From positions 23,323 to 87,322 of the forward strand of contig JAWOEA010000004.1 in assembly GCA_046483005.1 (NCBI GenBank): a stretch of 64,000 bases of DNA. The letters run 5' to 3'. Of the stretch, positions 47,174 through 56,691 are shown piece by piece (within the stretch, counting starts at the first letter, position 1; each line of letters begins with the position of its first letter). The stretch is from Candidatus Undinarchaeales archaeon. Lineage in GTDB: Archaea; Undinarchaeota; Undinarchaeia; Undinarchaeales; JALTGF01. Position numbers and translations under genes: made by a program. The notes under the pieces were generated by a model. The model was not told the DNA's origin. It saw nothing but the letters and a program-made list of their open reading frames with translations, and did no database searches.

Positions 47174-50100
47174 TGGAACAAAAAGAATATCTCAAAACAC
47201 TGGAAGATGGGGTAAATAAAGAATACAATATCGCTTCGGACGCAAGAAAGCAGGGAGTTGATCCTGCGAAAGAACCGGAAATATATATTGCAAAAGACCT
47301 TGCAGATAAGGTAGAGGGTCTTATTGAATTTAAAGGACTTGCAGATATTGTCAGAAAACTACAGGAAGAAGTTAATACTGAAGAAGAAGTCGCCTTTAAA
47401 TTAGTTGATGAGGTAATTAAAAGAATAGACGACAGAGAAGAGGCAGCGGATTTAGCTGTAAGGGCTGCTCTTGCATTTCTAACACAAGGGGCGGTTGCAG
47501 CTCCTTTGGAAGGAATTGCAAAAATTAAAATTTTAAAAAATCCAGATAATTCCGAATATTTGGCAATTTACTACGCCGGACCTATCAGGGCGGCGGGAGG
47601 GACCGCAGAAGCTATCTCAGTAGTGGTTGCAGATTATGTCCATAAAGCATTAGGCTTAGACAGATACAAACCAAATCAAAAAGAAATAGGAAGATATGCA
47701 GAAGAAATACGATGGTATCACCGGAGAAAAAGACTACAATACCGGCCAAAAGAAGAGGAGGTCAAAACAATAATCAAAAATGTTCCAGTATGCGTTGACG
47801 GAGACCCAACTGAACCCTATGAAGTTTCAACTTACCGGAATTTAGGCAGAGTAAAAACAAACAGAGTTCGGGGAGGAATGTGTCTTGTTGTTGCAGAAGG
47901 TCTTGCTCAAAAGGCACCTAAATTATTGAAAAGATTAAAACCCATCCAGGAAAAGTACGGCCTTGACTGGTCATGGCTCGAAGGGCTTCTAGTAAAAAGA
48001 AAAACAGATGAAAGTAAAAAAGAAAAGGAAAAAATTTCAAATATTTTTGAAAAAGAGATACCTGAAGAATTCAAAAAAGAGTATAAAGATCACTTATTTT
48101 CAATAGATGAAATTACTGAAATTGTCCAGGAAACAAGTGCGATTGATGTCCTTGAAAACTATACTGATGAGGAACCCGAGAAAAAAGGAAGCGATAAGTT
48201 CTTAAATGAAATTCCTGCCGGCAGGCCTGTATTTTCTTACCCCGGAAGAAAAGGAGGATTTAATTTAAGATATGGAAGAACAAGAGGAAGTGGTTATGCA
48301 GCTCTCTGTTTAAATCCTGCAACTATGCATCTCTTAGATGATTTCATAGCAATAGGAACTCAAATAAGATTGGAACTTCCTGGAAAAGCAGGCATTGTAA
48401 CTCCCTGTGATACAATAAATGGTCCTACAATTCTTTTAAAAGATGGAGAGCTTTTGCAGGTTGATTCTTTAGAGGAAGCAAAAAAGTACAAAGGGAGAAT
48501 TGAGAGATTTACTAATTTAGGGGATATTTTAATCTCTGCAGGAGATTTCTTTGAGAATAATCATAAACTTCTGCCTCCTGCTTACTGCGAAGAATGGTGG
48601 GCAAAAGAAGTTAAGAAAGCTCAGAAAGATAAGAAAGCTTCAGCTAAAGAAATTTTAAATTCCTCAGATTATCTAAACGATCCTTTTAAGAAACCAGATT
48701 TTGAAAAGGCAAAAGAATTTTCAGATAAGTTTGAAGTTCCTTTACATCCTGTTTTTACTTTTCACTGGAATTATATTAGAAATTCAGATTTATTGGAACT
48801 TGCAGAGGCGCTTAAGGAAGCTGAAGTGGCTGATAATAAAATCATCCTGGAAAACAAATCCTCAATTAAGAAAATATTAGAAAAATTGTGCGTCTTCCAT
48901 AAACTAAAAGATTCAAAAATAGTTATTTCAAAGCATAAAGAACCTCTTTTATTTTCATTTGGCCGGCCTAAAGAGTGGAAAATAATAATACAAACAATAG
49001 AACAAAATAAACGGCACAAAGCATTAGACACCATTAACAAATTAGCAGAAGTCACTATAAAAGATAAGGCGCCAACTCGAATTGGTGCAAGAATGGGAAG
49101 ACCGGAGAAGGCAAAACCCAGAAAAATGACGCCTGCTCCTCATGTTCTTTTCCCAACAGGCGCTAAACAAGGCAGAGTTAGAGACTTCATGAAACTCTAT
49201 AAAGAAAAAAAGAAGGCAAAACCCTACCTTGCAAAATTTAAATGCGATAAATGCTCATCCTTCCAGTTTTTTCCCCAGTGTCCAAACTGCGGGGAAGAGA
49301 CAAAACTTCTAAATTTCTGTCCAAGGTGCAGAATTTTTTCAAGGAAGGATACCTGTGAAAAGTGCAATGCAAAAACCGTAACTTATGAACAGCAGGAAAT
49401 TGATATTAATGAATTACTGGATTCTGCCGCTGAAAAATTAGGAAGAAAGCTCCCAGACAGTATAAAAGGTATTTTGGGTATGTCCACTAAAAATAAGATT
49501 CCCGAGGCAATTGAAAAAGGGATTTTAAGGGCTGAGCAGGACCTTTATGTATTCAAGGATGGGACGATAAGACATGACAGCACCGATGCTCCTCTAACTC
49601 ATTTCAAGCCGTTTGAGATCCACACTTCTATTGAAAAACTGAAGAAATTGGGATATAATAAAGACATTTATGGAAAAAAACTTGAAAACGAGGACCAGAT
49701 TCTCGAATTAAAACCACAGGATATTTTAATAAGTGATTATGGTGAAAACTCTGCAACATCTTATCTGTTAAAAACAAGCAAATTCGTAGATAATCTCCTT
49801 GAATCTTACTATGGTCTTGAAAAATATTATAATTATGAAAATAAAAAAGACCTTGCAGGAACATTCGTAATTGCTCTTGCACCGCACACTTCTACAGGAA
49901 TTGTAGGCAGGATTATCGGCAGTACGGACGCTAAAGTCACCTTTGCCCACCCCTGCTTCCACGATGCAAAAAGAAGGGATTGCGACGGCGATGAGGATGC
50001 AGTAATGCTACTTCTTGACGCACTCCTAAATTTCTCAAAAAGTTTCCTCCCTCAAAAAAGAGGAGGTAAAATGGACGCCCCATTAGTTATAACTTCCAAG

Positions 50101-50718
50101 TTGGGGGCGCTGGAAATAGATGATGAAGTATATGACATTGACATTGTAGGAGAATATCCTCTTTCTTTCTATGAAACAGTTGAAAATACGGCCGACCCAA
50201 ATGATGTAAACTTACTAACATTCGGAGATACGATTTACGGAGAAGATCCTTTCGCCGGCTGGAATTATACTCACGAAACTACTGACATCAATAATGCTCC
50301 TTTGTCCAATATTTATACAAAAGGAAAAATGTCTGAAAAACTTAAAAAACAAATGCATCTTGCAGAAATGATTGATGCGGTTGATGAAAAAAATGTCGCT
50401 GAAAAAATCATTGACAGTCATTTCCTACCAGATATAAAAGGGAATTTAAGGACTTTTTCAAAACAGAAAGTCAGGTGTACTAAATGCAATTCAAAATACA
50501 GAAGACCTCCTCTTTCCGGAGTATGTACTAATTGTGGAGGAAATCTCACGTTTACTGTTCACAGAGGCTCGATTGAAAAATATCTGCAGATATCTAAAGA
50601 TTTAATTAAAAAGTATAACGTTTCACCTTACATTAGCCAGCAGATAGCTTTATATGAATCAAACATACTTTCAATATTTGGAGAAAAATCTCAGAAAAAA
50701 TTACAGTCCTTCACATAA
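47173..50718 (+). CDS. polC: DNA polymerase II (PolD) large subunit DP2
   Basis: 1181 aa with Zn-finger clusters and the CDGDEDAVML catalytic region. It shows no intein-sized insertion. Confidence 0.85.
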   Translation: MEQKEYLKTLEDGVNKEYNIASDARKQGVDPAKEPEIYIAKDLADKVEGLIEFKGLADIVRKLQEEVNTEEEVAFKLVDEVIKRIDDREEAADLAVRAALAFLTQGAVAAPLEGIAKIKILKNPDNSEYLAIYYAGPIRAAGGTAEAISVVVADYVHKALGLDRYKPNQKEIGRYAEEIRWYHRRKRLQYRPKEEEVKTIIKNVPVCVDGDPTEPYEVSTYRNLGRVKTNRVRGGMCLVVAEGLAQKAPKLLKRLKPIQEKYGLDWSWLEGLLVKRKTDESKKEKEKISNIFEKEIPEEFKKEYKDHLFSIDEITEIVQETSAIDVLENYTDEEPEKKGSDKFLNEIPAGRPVFSYPGRKGGFNLRYGRTRGSGYAALCLNPATMHLLDDFIAIGTQIRLELPGKAGIVTPCDTINGPTILLKDGELLQVDSLEEAKKYKGRIERFTNLGDILISAGDFFENNHKLLPPAYCEEWWAKEVKKAQKDKKASAKEILNSSDYLNDPFKKPDFEKAKEFSDKFEVPLHPVFTFHWNYIRNSDLLELAEALKEAEVADNKIILENKSSIKKILEKLCVFHKLKDSKIVISKHKEPLLFSFGRPKEWKIIIQTIEQNKRHKALDTINKLAEVTIKDKAPTRIGARMGRPEKAKPRKMTPAPHVLFPTGAKQGRVRDFMKLYKEKKKAKPYLAKFKCDKCSSFQFFPQCPNCGEETKLLNFCPRCRIFSRKDTCEKCNAKTVTYEQQEIDINELLDSAAEKLGRKLPDSIKGILGMSTKNKIPEAIEKGILRAEQDLYVFKDGTIRHDSTDAPLTHFKPFEIHTSIEKLKKLGYNKDIYGKKLENEDQILELKPQDILISDYGENSATSYLLKTSKFVDNLLESYYGLEKYYNYENKKDLAGTFVIALAPHTSTGIVGRIIGSTDAKVTFAHPCFHDAKRRDCDGDEDAVMLLLDALLNFSKSFLPQKRGGKMDAPLVITSKLGALEIDDEVYDIDIVGEYPLSFYETVENTADPNDVNLLTFGDTIYGEDPFAGWNYTHETTDINNAPLSNIYTKGKMSEKLKKQMHLAEMIDAVDEKNVAEKIIDSHFLPDIKGNLRTFSKQKVRCTKCNSKYRRPPLSGVCTNCGGNLTFTVHRGSIEKYLQISKDLIKKYNVSPYISQQIALYESNILSIFGEKSQKKLQSFT

Positions 50719-50954
50719 TGACCAAAGACAAAAAGAAACAGGAAGAAGAGGAAGAACTTTTATCGGAACCGGAAGAACCAAAGGAAGAAAAACCCGAATT
50801 AAAAGAACCAAAGGAAATGGAAGAATTTGAAGAACCTTCTTTTACTTCCCCTCAGGAATCTCTAAAAGAAAATGAAAAATTTTTATTCGCACTCTTGTTC
50901 TTTATCTTACTAACTTTCTTGTACTTATTTTTATTATCTAAAGGCATTCTTTAG
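50718..50954 (+). CDS. small tail-anchored protein (acidic N-terminus, single C-terminal TM)
   Basis: The N-terminus is E/K-rich and the C-terminus is FLFALLFFILLTFLYLFLL. Confidence 0.35.
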   Translation: MTKDKKKQEEEEELLSEPEEPKEEKPELKEPKEMEEFEEPSFTSPQESLKENEKFLFALLFFILLTFLYLFLLSKGIL

Positions 50955-52195
50955 CCAAATAAAAGAATAAGAAACGGTACCGAAATCCCTATATAACAAA
51001 GAACAACTGGAAAAATGAAAAAACCCATACATTCTGCTCTTCTAACCCCAATTAAAGGAGGAATCAGCCCAATTAAAGTCCCCAAAACAAGAATTCCGAG
51101 CCCGTAAACACCAGTTAATAAAAAGACGGTCAGAGCAATAAAACAAATTATCAAAATAGTGAATCTCCTATAATTTTCCATGTCCATGTCGCTTAATTTT
51201 CTTGCCATTTTTATCCCAATTTTAAAATGAAGAAACGTTGCAATGCTCCCTGAAATTAAGATAACGCCGAGTAAAATAACTAACTCTCCAAAACTAAAAG
51301 AACCAATAACTTTATTGATGGCAATTATAATGCCGGATCTCATTTTCTGAATTGAATACATAACAACTAAAGGAATAATTATATTTGAAGTATTAACACC
51401 AGAAACAGCAACCAAAAATTCTTTGCTGCTCGACTTTCTTGAAGCCTGCTGAACCATATATGCTGCCTGTGCAGAACCAATGCCTGGAAATAAACCGACA
51501 AGCATTCCTGCAAGCCCACCTAAAACAGAATTTTTAAAAATTTTTCTGAATTTCAGACTCATACCTATGTCTTCCTGAACCGGAATAAAAACTTCATTTT
51601 TCAAACTTAATAATAGAGTACTAATTCCAAACATCCCTGAAAGAGCAGGAAATATTGCTTCTACACTTAGAAATGAGTTGAATAACAGGAAGCCAAAGAA
51701 GCCCGATAAAAGAAAAATTAAAAATGCAATAATCGGCTTTTTCTCAAAAAATAAACCGATTAGAACAAAGAAAATCAGGATAAATGGAAGCATTTGTTCA
51801 ATTCCTGAATAAATTGTTGGTATTATTGAAATCAAAACAAGAAAAAGGCCGGAAGTCAAAAGTAATGAAAATAAAGAACCTGCACCAGTCAGCTTAATGG
51901 CTTCAATCGCCTCACCGTCCAAAAGCATTCTATGCCCCGGAAGAACAGACATAACCGTATCTTCATTAGGAGCTCCCAGTAAAATGGAAGGAATAAAATC
52001 AAGGAAAGAATGAACGACCGCCATTGCAATTATACCGGAAGCAATTGAAATGAACTGAAATGAAGAAAAGAAAGGCAGTGCAGTAATTAAAAGAACTGAA
52101 ACTGTATTGATATGAAGTCCCGGGATTAGGCCGGTTAGGACTCCAAGAGAGCAGCCAAACAAAGTAAAAATTAAAATTTCAAAAAGAATATTCAT
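50951..52195 (-). CDS. polytopic membrane protein, possibly a DUF112/TctA-like transporter
   Basis: 414 aa with about 12 TM helices and Gly-rich helices. Confidence 0.35.
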   Translation of the reverse strand: MNILFEILIFTLFGCSLGVLTGLIPGLHINTVSVLLITALPFFSSFQFISIASGIIAMAVVHSFLDFIPSILLGAPNEDTVMSVLPGHRMLLDGEAIEAIKLTGAGSLFSLLLTSGLFLVLISIIPTIYSGIEQMLPFILIFFVLIGLFFEKKPIIAFLIFLLSGFFGFLLFNSFLSVEAIFPALSGMFGISTLLLSLKNEVFIPVQEDIGMSLKFRKIFKNSVLGGLAGMLVGLFPGIGSAQAAYMVQQASRKSSSKEFLVAVSGVNTSNIIIPLVVMYSIQKMRSGIIIAINKVIGSFSFGELVILLGVILISGSIATFLHFKIGIKMARKLSDMDMENYRRFTILIICFIALTVFLLTGVYGLGILVLGTLIGLIPPLIGVRRAECMGFFIFPVVLCYIGISVPFLILLFG

Positions 52196-52542
52196 TTAAT
52201 CTGCACCTCATCCGGCCGGTTTGGAACAACTTCGAGTTCTCCCTTATATTCCTTAACAATGCCTTTAACTGAAATGAAAGCGCCGGTATAAACTTCTGAA
52301 GCAAATTCTTCCGGAGTAAAAACAACGATATCCGTAGTTTCAAACTGAATTAAAACAGAATCTCCAAATTTCCTTATGCTTTCTACTCTGCCTTCAATTT
52401 TCACATATTCATCTATATGCTCCGAATCAATTTTATTTAAAGCAACAAGCTCAGGTTCGATTAAAGAAACTCCAAAATACAATATAAAAATACCGATTAA
52501 AGAGCCGAATACACTAATTATTAATATTGTATCTCCCTCCAT
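52192..52542 (-). CDS. membrane-anchored OB-fold protein
   Basis: An N-terminal TM helix is followed by an OB-like beta region. It overlaps the downstream membrane protein by 4 nt. Confidence 0.35.
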   Translation of the reverse strand: MEGDTILIISVFGSLIGIFILYFGVSLIEPELVALNKIDSEHIDEYVKIEGRVESIRKFGDSVLIQFETTDIVVFTPEEFASEVYTGAFISVKGIVKEYKGELEVVPNRPDEVQIK

Positions 52543-52602
52543 AAAAGAATAGCAGGACTGGAAGTTTATAAAATTGATTTAACTGGACTGAGTTAATTAA
52601 GT

Positions 52603-53100
52603 TTATTCCTTTGTAGTTCCTTTCAGGTACTGCTGTGCTTTTTTAACTTTACAAATAGCATTCATAATCCTTGCAATATCCATTGATGATTCATAATCAT
52701 GAGTTTTTTCATTAACCTTTTTCATAATTTTTCCAAGAGAATCACAGTCATTGAAAGTAACTCCGAAACCAAAATCAATTCCATTTTCCCTTCCTTTTAG
52801 CATTTTCAAATATTTTTCTAACCACTTTATAGAGTTCTTTGTTTTTTCATCCTTCCACCCGTAGTTTTCTAATCTTTTTTCTTTATCTTTAAGGGCGTCC
52901 AGTATTTTTTCGGCTTTACTCCAGTTCTTTTCTCCGCCTTTTACTGCTTCATCTCTCATAGAATCAATAGCATCATCTTTCAGGTCTTCAATCTCTTTAA
53001 AACTATCTTCTATGGTTTTAATTCCTTTTCCTTTCTTTTCAAGTTTTTTTATGACTTTCTTTTTATCTTTTTCAGACAGATCACTAATATCTTTAACCAT
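52603..53100 (-). CDS. hypothetical protein
   Basis: 165 aa and Lys-rich. Confidence 0.35.
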   Translation of the reverse strand: MVKDISDLSEKDKKKVIKKLEKKGKGIKTIEDSFKEIEDLKDDAIDSMRDEAVKGGEKNWSKAEKILDALKDKEKRLENYGWKDEKTKNSIKWLEKYLKMLKGRENGIDFGFGVTFNDCDSLGKIMKKVNEKTHDYESSMDIARIMNAICKVKKAQQYLKGTTKE

Positions 53101-53126
53101 AGCAAAAATTTAGTGTCTCTCAATTC

Positions 53127-53690
53127 TTATATATCTTTCTTTAACTTTTTTTCAAACAAAATCTCATATTTCGGCCCTTTCGATCCTCTTAAAATACTTT
53201 CTTTAACAGTAATTTCATCAACTTTAATTTTACCAAAACCAATGTCTTGGTATTCATCTAAGATTTTTAGAACTTCTTCTTTCCGTTTCCTACTTTTCAT
53301 CCTTCCAATAGTTACATGAGGAATAAATTTTCTGTTATCTCTTTTTCCAACTTCTATATATTTATCAACTCTTTTTTTCAAACTTTTTAATTCTTCAGTT
53401 TCTTCAACACCAATCCAGATAACTTTAATATAACCTCTGTTTGGAAACACTCCTGTCCCTTTCAGTTTAAGTTCAAACGGGATTGTTTCTTCAGCCGCCT
53501 TTCCAAGTCCTTTTTCAACCTCTTTCAATTCTGATTCAGAAACATTCCCTAAAAATCTAGGAGTTAAATGCAAATTCTCCGGCTCAACAAATTTAATATT
53601 GGTATCCAGTTTTTCTAGCTCTGTAATTAATTCTCTTATCTTTTTCTTCTGTTTCTCTGCTAAATCAATATTTACAAAGCATCTAACCAT
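53127..53690 (-). CDS. thpR: RNA 2',3'-cyclic phosphodiesterase / 2'-5' RNA ligase (2H family)
   Basis: It carries the two H-x-T/S-x motifs HLTPRFLG and HVTIGR. Confidence 0.75.
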   Translation of the reverse strand: MVRCFVNIDLAEKQKKKIRELITELEKLDTNIKFVEPENLHLTPRFLGNVSESELKEVEKGLGKAAEETIPFELKLKGTGVFPNRGYIKVIWIGVEETEELKSLKKRVDKYIEVGKRDNRKFIPHVTIGRMKSRKRKEEVLKILDEYQDIGFGKIKVDEITVKESILRGSKGPKYEILFEKKLKKDI

Positions 53691-53742
53691 GATTTTTATT
53701 ACACGTAAACTTTAAAAAGCATATCGGTCAAGCAAATACAAC

Positions 53743-54054
53743 ATGACAACAAAACTAACAGATAAAAATTTCAAAGAGAAAACAAAAGAAGGAAACTGGG
53801 TAGTTGACTGCTGGGCATCATGGTGCGGACCATGCCAGATGTTCGGGCCAATATTTGAAGAAGCAGACAAAGACGTCGAAAATGTAAGCTTCGGAAAGCT
53901 GAACGTTGATGAAAACAAAGAAACCGCAGGAAATTTTGGTGTAATGTCAATACCAACTGTTCTTTACATGAAAGATGGAGAAGTAGTTGACAAATCAATG
54001 GGCGCCCTCCCTAAAGAGCAGCTCATTTCAAAAATAAATTCAGTTTTTGAATAA
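53743..54054 (+). CDS. trx: thioredoxin
   Basis: It has the WCGPC active site. Confidence 0.85.
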   Translation: MTTKLTDKNFKEKTKEGNWVVDCWASWCGPCQMFGPIFEEADKDVENVSFGKLNVDENKETAGNFGVMSIPTVLYMKDGEVVDKSMGALPKEQLISKINSVFE

Positions 54055-54055
54055 G

Positions 54056-54433
54056 TCAGCTTTTAAGTTCCTTTACAACAACTTTTCTAGTTCTGGGACC
54101 GTCCAGCTCTGCAAAGAAAACAGACTGCCACGTACCTAAATCTAATTTTCCTTTACTTACCGGAACAACAACAGAATTCCCCAGTAAAATCCCTCTTAGA
54201 TGAGAATCAGCATTTCCTTCTTGGTTATCATGCTTCCAGCCGCCTTTTTTAACAACTGTTTTTAGCATTTTTTTAATATCTAATCTGAGATTGGTTTCAT
54301 TTTCATTAATAAAAAGACCTGTAGTAGTATGAGGTGAATAAACAATTAAAATGCCTTCTTCTATCTCTGGTTCTAACCGGTCAGTTAGGTCTATTAAATC
54401 TACTCTGGATTCAGAATTAACTTTTAAGTCCAT
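54056..54433 (-). CDS. YjbQ/UPF0047 family protein (secondary thiamine-phosphate synthase-like)
   Basis: SPHTTTGLFINENE and DNQEGNADSHLR are family signatures. Confidence 0.7.
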   Translation of the reverse strand: MDLKVNSESRVDLIDLTDRLEPEIEEGILIVYSPHTTTGLFINENETNLRLDIKKMLKTVVKKGGWKHDNQEGNADSHLRGILLGNSVVVPVSKGKLDLGTWQSVFFAELDGPRTRKVVVKELKS

Positions 54434-54437
54434 ACAG

Positions 54438-54695
54438 TTAAATTACGTCTTGTTCGTTTACCAGAACAAAGTCGCCGACTGCAGTTACTGCGCTGAAAGG
54501 AAGCAAAAGCCTTCCCTGTCGGTCCCTGACCAAGTCCTCAAAATGAGCAACAATGTACTTGGTAGGCTCAACTAGTATGTTAATGAGTTCTCCGGTAGTT
54601 ACGTCAACTGTTATGTCCAGAACTTTGCCGAACATTCGGCCACCTTCTGAAACTACTGTCTTTGATTGTACCTCTTTAAACGGAATTTGTGCCAT
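54438..54695 (-). CDS. PRC-barrel domain protein
   Basis: 85 aa, with GRMFGKVLDITVDVTTGELINILVE. Confidence 0.5.
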   Translation of the reverse strand: MAQIPFKEVQSKTVVSEGGRMFGKVLDITVDVTTGELINILVEPTKYIVAHFEDLVRDRQGRLLLPFSAVTAVGDFVLVNEQDVI

Positions 54696-54704
54696 TTTTT
54701 AACC

Positions 54705-55268
54705 TCACAGACTCTTTTGTGCCGTCGCTTTTATAAACTTTTCTAATGTCTGTTTAATCTTTTCCTCAAACTCTTTCTTTGAGCCTTCATTTATAATGTA
54801 TTTCTCTCCCATTACAATTGTTCCAGCATGGTTCAGCCCCTGTATCTCTGCTTCATCTCTTGATTTACACTCTTCCAATGTCAGTGATCTTACTTTCCTA
54901 TCCATTAAGCGCTTGTATCTGGTTTCAGGAGAAACTAAAATAGAAATAACTTTGAAATCTTCTCCATATTTTTCTTTCAAAAATAAATATTCTTCATAAC
55001 TTCTTACGCCGTCAAACACAACTTTTTCTAATCCGTTCCTTTCAGCTCTCTCGGCAGTTTTTTTTGCATAAACTGCCATTCCTCCTTCTTTTCTTAAACT
55101 TTCCCTTACTTTTTTCTCATTTTTCTCATTCGTTTTAAGGCCCCTTTTATTCAATTCAATATCTGTAATGTCGCCTAATCTAATAATGTCAATTCCTTTT
55201 TCCTTTGCATATTCGGATGCCAGACTTTTTCCCGAGCCGGGCATGCCTGCAAACGCCAGTATTTTCAT
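54705..55268 (-). CDS. P-loop nucleotide kinase of the archaeal UPF0200 / dephospho-CoA kinase-like family
   Basis: The N-terminus MKILAFAGMPGSGKS is a P-loop. 187 aa. Confidence 0.55.
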   Translation of the reverse strand: MKILAFAGMPGSGKSLASEYAKEKGIDIIRLGDITDIELNKRGLKTNEKNEKKVRESLRKEGGMAVYAKKTAERAERNGLEKVVFDGVRSYEEYLFLKEKYGEDFKVISILVSPETRYKRLMDRKVRSLTLEECKSRDEAEIQGLNHAGTIVMGEKYIINEGSKKEFEEKIKQTLEKFIKATAQKSL

Positions 55269-55383
55269 TTCAAAAAGCTTTTATATCTTGTAGTATATAT
55301 TTAATTTGGAGATTGGCATAAAACCCGTTATTTTTTTGGGAGGAAGGGGCTTTCACTTATTTTTTTAGCCTCCTTTCCACTTT

Positions 55384-56631
55384 TTAAATTAAGAAAGTTG
55401 TAGCTAGAATTAAAAATATAAAGAAACCGAATACATCTGTCAAAGTTGTTATAAATATGCTAGAGGCAGATGCAGGATCAAGGTTCATTTTTTTCAGAGT
55501 CAAGGGAATTACAGTTCCTGCAGTACATGCAATTAGCAAATTAATGATTATAGAGGCCCAAACAATAATGCCAAGGAGCCACATGCCGTTTATAACATAA
55601 GCAACAACTGCAACAACTAATCCAGTTATAGCTCCGTCAATTACCCCGGCACCCATTTCTCTCAGTAAAATTCTGAATTCATTTCCCTTCTTAATTTCTT
55701 TCAGAACAAGGCCTCTGACAACAATTGCCAAAGTCTGTATGCCTGCATTTCCTCCCATTCCTGCGACAATCGGCAGATATACTGCTAAAATTACATATTG
55801 TGAGATAGTATCTTGAAATAAACCAATAACCGATGCTGCAATAAATGCAGTGAATAAATTAATTATGAGCCATTTATATCTGTATTTCACTTTTGTAAAC
55901 ATGTTATCCAACACATCTTCTTCTCGATTGACGCCTGCAAATCCATATAGGTCTTCAGTGGTTTCCTTCTGAATTACATCCAGCAGGTCTTTTGCATAAA
56001 TAACTCCAATAACCGAACCGTCGTCATCATAAACAACTACTCTTCCATGCGGATGCCTTTTAATAACTTTTAAACATTCTCTGTGTTTTGCATCATATTC
56101 TATACACGGAATATCAGAAATAAGATCTTCTATTTCCGTTTCACTTGTAACCATCAATTCATGCAGAGGGATTTCTCCTTTTAAAGTGCCATTATCAAAT
56201 ACTAAAATCACGGGCTCCTTTCCTGTCCTTTCAACATGTTCTTCAACATGCTCATAAACTTCATCTACAGTTGCATCTTCAGGGACTTCTATATAATCAA
56301 TGTTCATCATCCCTGCTGCTCTTTTAGGATAAAAATTAAAGAAAAATTCTGATTTTTCTTTCAGCTCAACTTTAAGATCCTCAAGTATTATTTTCCTTTT
56401 CCTTTTACTCAAAACAGCCAATACATCTTCAATTTCATCCGGATCAAGAAAATGACAGAATTTTTTTATTTCTTCTCTTTTCATACCTTTCAAGATCTTT
56501 TTTCTCAGTTTTTTGCCAACACTCAAAAGAACAAATCCTTGCTCACTCGGAGGAATCTCTCTGAAAACTTCAAGCTTATTTCTCTTTTTCTTTAAATCAG
56601 AAATTATTTTGGAAAGTTCGCTTTTAACCAT
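55384..56631 (-). CDS. mgtE: magnesium transporter MgtE
   Basis: It has an N domain, tandem CBS domains, and a 5-TM C-terminal domain with a GNAGIQT-like motif. Confidence 0.8.
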   Translation of the reverse strand: MVKSELSKIISDLKKKRNKLEVFREIPPSEQGFVLLSVGKKLRKKILKGMKREEIKKFCHFLDPDEIEDVLAVLSKRKRKIILEDLKVELKEKSEFFFNFYPKRAAGMMNIDYIEVPEDATVDEVYEHVEEHVERTGKEPVILVFDNGTLKGEIPLHELMVTSETEIEDLISDIPCIEYDAKHRECLKVIKRHPHGRVVVYDDDGSVIGVIYAKDLLDVIQKETTEDLYGFAGVNREEDVLDNMFTKVKYRYKWLIINLFTAFIAASVIGLFQDTISQYVILAVYLPIVAGMGGNAGIQTLAIVVRGLVLKEIKKGNEFRILLREMGAGVIDGAITGLVVAVVAYVINGMWLLGIIVWASIIINLLIACTAGTVIPLTLKKMNLDPASASSIFITTLTDVFGFFIFLILATTFLI

Positions 56632-56691
56632 GCATCAACTTATATTTCATTGTTTTATATCTTTTTTCGGCAATCCTAAAGTATTTATTAC

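Noticed and set aside
2827-50718. Inteins in polB, cdc48, polD large subunit or lhr
   Set aside because: The protein lengths are canonical (817, 753, 1181 and 874 aa). The catalytic motifs are contiguous, with no Cys/Ser...HN-flanked insertions.
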